Below, piece by piece: positions 58,490 to 64,000 of a stretch of 64,000 nucleotides of DNA. The translations under genes were made by a program, and so were the position numbers. This DNA comes from Bacteroidota bacterium. Its GTDB lineage: Bacteria; Bacteroidota; Bacteroidia; NS11-12g; UBA955. Each line of letters begins with the position of its first letter. Position 1 is the stretch's first letter. Location: the NCBI GenBank assembly GCA_024103355.1, contig JAGFIU010000029.1, positions 5,413-69,412 of the forward strand. Reading direction: 5' to 3'. Below the pieces are notes generated by a model that did not search any database, had not been told where the DNA came from, and worked only from the letters and a program-made list of their open reading frames with translations.

Positions 58490-58906
58490 ATGGCATACTC
58501 AGATAAAGTTATAGATCACTACACCAATCCAAGGAATATTGGCACATTGGATAAAAATTCAAAATCGGTAGGTACCGGATTAGTTGGTGCACCTGAATGT
58601 GGTGATGTAATGAGACTTCAAATTCAAGTAGATGAAGAAACCGGCATAATTCAAGATGCTAAATTCAAAACATTTGGCTGTGGTTCTGCTATTGCTTCCT
58701 CATCTTTAGCAACTGAATGGTTGAAAGGTAAAACTGTGGATGAAGCACTTTCAATAGACAACATGGATATTGTTGAAGAACTTTCTCTTCCTCCCGTAAA
58801 AATTCACTGCTCAGTACTTGCAGAAGATGCAATCAAAGGAGCAGTAAATGATTATAGAATAAAGCACGGATTAGAACCGGTGGAAGGTAAAAAACGTATT
58901 CACTAA
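58490..58906 (+). CDS. iscU: Fe-S cluster assembly scaffold IscU
   Basis: MAYSDKVIDHYTNPRNIGTLDKNSKSVGTGLVGAPECGDVMRLQI, with conserved Cys at ECGD, FGCG and HCS. Confidence 0.9.
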   Translation: MAYSDKVIDHYTNPRNIGTLDKNSKSVGTGLVGAPECGDVMRLQIQVDEETGIIQDAKFKTFGCGSAIASSSLATEWLKGKTVDEALSIDNMDIVEELSLPPVKIHCSVLAEDAIKGAVNDYRIKHGLEPVEGKKRIH

Positions 58907-58927
58907 TTTTCATAGTTTATTCATTTT

Positions 58928-59269
58928 ATGACAGATACAGGCAATATAACAATTTCAGAAAAAGCCACTATAAAGGTTAAGGAGTTAATGAAAGAAGGCA
59001 ATTTGGGAAATGATTACTTTGTAAGAGTTTCTGTAAAAGGTGGCGGCTGTTCAGGTCTAACCTATAATATGGACTTTGATAATGAAAGGAAAGATGGAGA
59101 TCAAGTTTTTGAATCCAACGGTCTCAACATTGTTTGTGATCTTAAAAGCTTCTTATACCTTGCCGGAACAGAACTTGATTATAGTGACGGCTTAAATGGC
59201 AAAGGGTTTAACTTCATCAATCCTAACGCTACAAGGAGTTGTGGTTGTGGAGAAAGTTTTGCTGTATAA
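58928..59269 (+). CDS. iron-sulfur cluster insertion protein (IscA/HesB/ErpA family)
   Basis: GGGCSGL and a C-terminal CGCGESF, the three conserved Cys of A-type carriers. Confidence 0.85.
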   Translation: MTDTGNITISEKATIKVKELMKEGNLGNDYFVRVSVKGGGCSGLTYNMDFDNERKDGDQVFESNGLNIVCDLKSFLYLAGTELDYSDGLNGKGFNFINPNATRSCGCGESFAV

Positions 59270-59279
59270 AGCATAATTT

Positions 59280-59927
59280 ATGCTGCGACTCAAATCCTTT
59301 ATCTTTAATCCATTTGCTGAAAATACTTATTTGGTTTGGGATGAAAATTCATTAGAATGTACAATCTTCGACCCCGGTTGTTCTGATTTTGAAGAAGAAC
59401 AAATCATTGAAAATTTTATTAAAGAAAATCAACTCAAGCCCGTTCAGTTGATTAACACGCATTGTCATATTGACCATGTCTTGGGCAATTTACATTTTTG
59501 TGAAAAATACAATCTTAAATTAAAGGCACACAATCTGGAAACTTCCATTCTTGAATGGTCGCAATCTTCTGCAATGATGTTTCAGATACCTTATAACCCA
59601 TATCCCCATATTGACATTCAGATTGATGAGGCAGACACAATCACTATAGGAAACCATCAACTCGAAATTCGCTTAACTCCGGGACATTCACCCGGAAGTC
59701 TCACTTTTGTATGTCATGAATTTGAATGGGCATTAGTTGGAGATGTAATCTTTTATCAGAGTATCGGCAGAACTGATTTGCCATCAGGTAACTTTCAAAT
59801 ACTTGAAGAGAGTATTAGAAAAAAGATTTATAGCTTACCCGATAACTATACTTTGTTTTCCGGTCATGGTCAGCAAACAACTGTTGGTTATGAGAAGAGA
59901 TACAATGGTTTTGTAAGAGAAGGTTAA
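59280..59927 (+). CDS. MBL-fold metallo-hydrolase
   Basis: HCHIDHVLG metal-binding motif, a GHSPGS motif and a downstream GH. Confidence 0.8.
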   Translation: MLRLKSFIFNPFAENTYLVWDENSLECTIFDPGCSDFEEEQIIENFIKENQLKPVQLINTHCHIDHVLGNLHFCEKYNLKLKAHNLETSILEWSQSSAMMFQIPYNPYPHIDIQIDEADTITIGNHQLEIRLTPGHSPGSLTFVCHEFEWALVGDVIFYQSIGRTDLPSGNFQILEESIRKKIYSLPDNYTLFSGHGQQTTVGYEKRYNGFVREG

Positions 59928-59958
59928 TCGGTCAGATTAAAATGTATCTGTAATAATC

Positions 59959-59992
59959 AAAAAGGGCTGACAAGATTTTGTCAGCCCTTTTT
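59959..59992. terminator. Bidirectional rho-independent terminator between convergent genes
   Basis: aaaaa gggctgacaa gatt ttgtcagccc ttttt, a 10-bp perfect stem. Confidence 0.7.
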
Positions 59993-60015
59993 GAAACATT
60001 ATTATATACGGCAGA

Positions 60016-63000
60016 TTATTTCATCAACCTTACTTTCTTTGTTGAAGCTTGATTATTGGAAGTGTAACGAATCAAATAAATACCATTACTCTGAGCACTT
60101 AAGTCTATTTGCCAATTTCCGTTCTCCATTTCAATCGAAGTATAGTTAAATAACTTGTTTCCAAGAACATCAAACACTTCTATAATTCCTTTATCTGACT
60201 GATCTCCAATTTCTATATTGAAAATTCCTGTACTTGGGTTCGGATACACATTAAATGAACTATTTGCATCTGTATTAGAAACTCCTGTTCTGTCGATAAT
60301 CAAATTCTGAGAAGACTCGCATAGACAACCTGCGGCTGTTTCTGCTCTCATGGTAACTTTATAAAAACCATCTTCATTGTAGTTCTGAGTTCCTTTAGCT
60401 CCTTTCATACTATATCCATCTCCAAAATACCATGAATATGTGATTCCGGTTTCTGCTCCAACATTTGAACCATCTGTCGGCTCGAAGCTATATGCTCTTA
60501 GACCCTGGGTTCCATCATAATTAACAACAAACTGACACTTTGTTGGAGACGGATTAACCGTGATTGTTTTTGTTATTTCATCAGTACAACCATCTGTAAT
60601 GTTAGCAACAAGTCTAACATTCATATTACCTGAGGTTGTATAAGTATGAATAGCATGTTGATGCGTAGAAGTGTTTCCGTCACCTAGTTCCCAAAAATAA
60701 TTTACTTCACCATCAGTCCATCTTGTTTTATTTTCAAGAATTACTTCATTATTTGAACAAATAGTACCTCCGGCAACGAAGTCAGCCTTAGGCGTAGGCT
60801 TAACCTCTAATTGCTTTGTAACTGAATTTGAACAACCATTTGTATAAGTTGTAGTTAGAGTAACATTATGAATCGATACATTACTGTACTTTTTTGTAAC
60901 ACTATTAGTACCGCTTTGTAATTGTTCATCAATTGTCCAAGTATATGAAGTTCCACTTAGAGCAGCATCTGTGGATGTCAAAACAATATCTGCATCCTGA
61001 CATTCTCCAACAATGCTAAAATCACCTGTAGGACCGGGTGTAATAGACACCAACTTGATAATAGAATCTTTACAGCCCAATGCAGTTTGAACAACTAACT
61101 TTACGTTTTTATCTCCGGCAGTATTATATGAATACTCTCCATTTAATTGAGTTGATTGAGCATTATTTTCACCAAAACTCCATAAATACCCTGTTTTTCC
61201 ACTAATATTACTTGCATTATTAGAAAAAACAATGTTATGATTTGCACACTTATCATTGCTTATGATAAAATCAGCAACCGGCTGTTCAAACATAGCAATA
61301 GTTTGTTCTGACTTAGAGGAACAACCATTCTTTTCTGCTATTAATGTAATTACATATAGTCCTTTTGAAGCATAATTAATCGTAGGATTGGCTAAATTGC
61401 TTGTTTGTCCATCACCAAAGTCCCAAGTATAATTAGGAACCCCAACATTACTAGTTGTAGTGTTAGTAAGTGTTACAGGCGTTCCAAAACATTTACTTTC
61501 ATAAGTAAAATCAGCTATTGGGCCTTCAAAAATTGTGATAGATTTTGTCTTAGATTTAACAAATCCCAAAGGTACAGTTGTAGTTTTTAAAGTTACTTGA
61601 TATGTGCCCGGAGTAAGGAATTTTGTTTTGCCGTTTGTATTAGTACTTGTTTCACCATTTCCAAAGTCCCATTCATAAGTTAAATATCCACTCTGAACAG
61701 TAGAAAAATTCTCAAATTCAGCTTCAGCACCCATACATGCGTGCGGGTCTTTGAAATCAGGTTTACCAAAAGGAGCTACAAAGATTTTACGTCTAACTAT
61801 TGAGTCACAATCTGTAGAAATATTAATTAGATGTAGTTCTGCTATAATGAAACTATCAACAAAAGCCTCAGGAGGATTAATTGACCATGTACCACCTGTA
61901 ATAGGGCTGTGGGTATAGGTTGTAGCTGATGCAGGCAAATTAATTCCTGAGAGAGTATAAGCATTTGTAGTTACCTTATATCCGGTTCCGTATTGTGCAT
62001 TAGTAAAATCCGTTGGTGCACTTATATCAAGTTTAATCACATCATCAGGAATTGTAATCCAATAATCCCTTCCTTCATCCAGATCAGGTTCTCGTCCCAT
62101 ACTAGAAGTATTAATAGTAATAACTCCGCCATAAGCGCCCCGTCCTACTTGAATATTAAATGTCAATGTATCATTCGCATGATTATCATCTGTGTGTGCA
62201 ATAAAGACTTTAAGTATTGTATTTTGTGGAGCTCCGGTAAAATCAATTAAACCTAGATCAAAAGAAGTCGAAGTTAATGCCCCAAGTGTACCAATATTGG
62301 TTATTACAGGTGGTTTATTATTCAGAATATAACCCACTTTACCATTAGGAAAATCAAAACTTAAGGTATTCTTTACAGTACCGGTCATAGGTAATTTCTC
62401 TCCTCCGCAGACATTGTAATTTCCACCATTAAAATCTCCGCTAATCATAAACTCAAAGAAAGGTTCTATTGCTCCTATTGATGGTTTGTTTGGATTTCTT
62501 GTCACACCATCTATATCCTTATCAATACCACCTGAATAGACTGAATTCTTGTAATCATATCCTGCTGATTTTAACGCAGGATTCATAAATGTTAAGTTCA
62601 AATTAATAGGATCAACAAATGTGGGATTATCTTTAATATTTCCTTTAGCCTCAGAACTAATTGAGTTGAGTTGACTAAGGTCAAATGTACTATAATAACC
62701 GGAGAAACTTGAACCAATTGCATACAAATAGGTGTAATTAGTAGGCATATTTGTAAAATAAAAGTCATTATTTCTGATTGAGCTAATATATTCCATATCA
62801 AAATCCATTTGTCCACCGGACACACCTTTTAAATCATAGTAGAAAATATTATTTTCAACTCGTGTAGTGCTTTGGATTGGTGGATTTGCCTGATTTGCAT
62901 TGACACCATAACAATACAAATAATTATACCCATAGTAATATACACCACTCGCTTGTTTTTTGTTAAAGAAAAAAGTATTGTTCACTACGTCACCTGAAGA

Positions 63001-64000
63001 ATATATTTTATAAATATCGTAAGGATAGACATATCCATAGCCCAAACTAGTATTATATAGACCATTATTTGCAACAATATTATTAATAATAAATGTAGAA
63101 CTAGCAGATGGTGTGGAGATTCCATACATATTGCAATATGGATAGTTATCATTTCCTGCAACATTATTAACAATTCTATTATTCTCAATTCTAATGATAT
63201 TTGGACCGTAGTTAAGATTATAACAGTATTCACAACCATTTAGTGCACTCACATTAATTCCACAAAAACTACCTGCGCCATCGCCTCTATTAGGATCTCC
63301 AATATCGTGTATATTATTACCTATAATTTCAATATCTTTATCTGAATGGGCAGACAAATCAGGCCAACGAATATCTATTCCATACAACCAATTGTCATAA
63401 TAAGGAGCCTGAACAGGAGATTTTAGATTACGTGTAATATCATTGTTATTATATTTACCTCCACTACATCCAAAGGAATAAATTCCAACTGCGCTAAAGT
63501 TTTTGATTGTATTACCTATGAATTCGTTTTCACCATCATCAGAGGATGCTCCCCCTTGTTCAAATATTCCATAACTAGGACCAATAATACTAGAGCCATC
63601 AGGAGGTCCAATAATTAAATTATCTTCAAATCTATTACCCCTTCCATTCTGAGCATAATAGTAGCTCTCTGCATTTAAACTCCCCGCATCATCCGTAAAT
63701 GCAACAACAGCACCTGCATAATAACCATTATAGTAATTATACATAGACTCCGGGTAACTAGCATAAACGGTACCGCTATAATTGAATTTCGGTGCACTCA
63801 GTGTGCATTTCGTAAAAAAATTATAGTTGGCATAATCAGATAACCTGACAGTATGAACATAGCTTGCATTAGTTCCTTCAACCCTAAGATTCTCAAAAGT
63901 AAAATAACTTGCTCCTTGCAACCACAATGTATGTCTTGCATATGGATTAGTCGCATTAAACGTTAGCAAGGCATTGTTACCTTTTATAGTAACTCTATTA
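60016..64000 (-). CDS. giant T9SS-secreted protein with right-handed beta-helix region, multiple PKD/Ig-like domains and T9SS C-terminal sorting domain (N-terminus beyond the window end)
   Basis: N-terminal part has NN(I/V) asparagine-ladder repeats typical of parallel beta-helix. The middle has repeated ~90-aa beta-sandwich units (DFxDGxxS.. motifs). The C-terminus YPNPSTGIFNIEI...NGIYLIRYTSNNQASTKKVRLMK is a type-A T9SS domain. There is no signal peptide at the in-window Met, so the true start is off-window. Confidence 0.7.
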   Translation of the reverse strand, partial: NRVTIKGNNALLTFNATNPYARHTLWLQGASYFTFENLRVEGTNASYVHTVRLSDYANYNFFTKCTLSAPKFNYSGTVYASYPESMYNYYNGYYAGAVVAFTDDAGSLNAESYYYAQNGRGNRFEDNLIIGPPDGSSIIGPSYGIFEQGGASSDDGENEFIGNTIKNFSAVGIYSFGCSGGKYNNNDITRNLKSPVQAPYYDNWLYGIDIRWPDLSAHSDKDIEIIGNNIHDIGDPNRGDGAGSFCGINVSALNGCEYCYNLNYGPNIIRIENNRIVNNVAGNDNYPYCNMYGISTPSASSTFIINNIVANNGLYNTSLGYGYVYPYDIYKIYSSGDVVNNTFFFNKKQASGVYYYGYNYLYCYGVNANQANPPIQSTTRVENNIFYYDLKGVSGGQMDFDMEYISSIRNNDFYFTNMPTNYTYLYAIGSSFSGYYSTFDLSQLNSISSEAKGNIKDNPTFVDPINLNLTFMNPALKSAGYDYKNSVYSGGIDKDIDGVTRNPNKPSIGAIEPFFEFMISGDFNGGNYNVCGGEKLPMTGTVKNTLSFDFPNGKVGYILNNKPPVITNIGTLGALTSTSFDLGLIDFTGAPQNTILKVFIAHTDDNHANDTLTFNIQVGRGAYGGVITINTSSMGREPDLDEGRDYWITIPDDVIKLDISAPTDFTNAQYGTGYKVTTNAYTLSGINLPASATTYTHSPITGGTWSINPPEAFVDSFIIAELHLINISTDCDSIVRRKIFVAPFGKPDFKDPHACMGAEAEFENFSTVQSGYLTYEWDFGNGETSTNTNGKTKFLTPGTYQVTLKTTTVPLGFVKSKTKSITIFEGPIADFTYESKCFGTPVTLTNTTTSNVGVPNYTWDFGDGQTSNLANPTINYASKGLYVITLIAEKNGCSSKSEQTIAMFEQPVADFIISNDKCANHNIVFSNNASNISGKTGYLWSFGENNAQSTQLNGEYSYNTAGDKNVKLVVQTALGCKDSIIKLVSITPGPTGDFSIVGECQDADIVLTSTDAALSGTSYTWTIDEQLQSGTNSVTKKYSNVSIHNVTLTTTYTNGCSNSVTKQLEVKPTPKADFVAGGTICSNNEVILENKTRWTDGEVNYFWELGDGNTSTHQHAIHTYTTSGNMNVRLVANITDGCTDEITKTITVNPSPTKCQFVVNYDGTQGLRAYSFEPTDGSNVGAETGITYSWYFGDGYSMKGAKGTQNYNEDGFYKVTMRAETAAGCLCESSQNLIIDRTGVSNTDANSSFNVYPNPSTGIFNIEIGDQSDKGIIEVFDVLGNKLFNYTSIEMENGNWQIDLSAQSNGIYLIRYTSNNQASTKKVRLMK

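Overview
This window is an AT-rich (roughly one-third GC by eye) Bacteroidota chromosomal segment, and I found no novel defence or mobile system in it. The phylum call rests on type IX secretion (T9SS) C-terminal sorting domains on three secreted proteins, repeated TAnnTTTG -7 promoter boxes, and lineage-typical families (DUF349, DUF1573, DUF4139, DUF4271, Omp85, SEDS). The window is densely coding on both strands and mostly housekeeping. Recognisable genes include recF, rpe, ribH, pdhA (E1 alpha), a 2-oxoacid dehydrogenase E2, msrB, lpxH, pssA, a SEDS (RodA/FtsW-like) gene, a split transketolase, pyrR, rpmE2, lipA, hemD, nadC, typA and iscU plus an iscA-like gene. A LemA/M48 peptidase pair, an HtrA protease, two tRNAs (Ser-TGA, Ala-GGC) and a partial ABC ATPase at the left edge are also present. 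I found no CRISPR array, no transposase or integrase, and no defence-system signatures. The parts worth a second look are a four-gene LytTR-type two-component cluster with a degenerate kinase paralog and a truncated regulator, and a TIKI/TraB/erythromycin-esterase-like domain fused to a beta-barrel-like tail behind an acidic lipoprotein. Also of note are a VWA secreted protein between the two transketolase halves, a signal-peptide/body frameshift in a secreted-protein gene, a cluster of three secreted proteins (two with thioredoxin-type CxxC motifs, two with T9SS tails), a perfect 7-1-7 palindrome in the iscU promoter, and an unannotated 44-aa lipoprotein ORF. All functional calls come from reading motifs in the translations, not from database searches.
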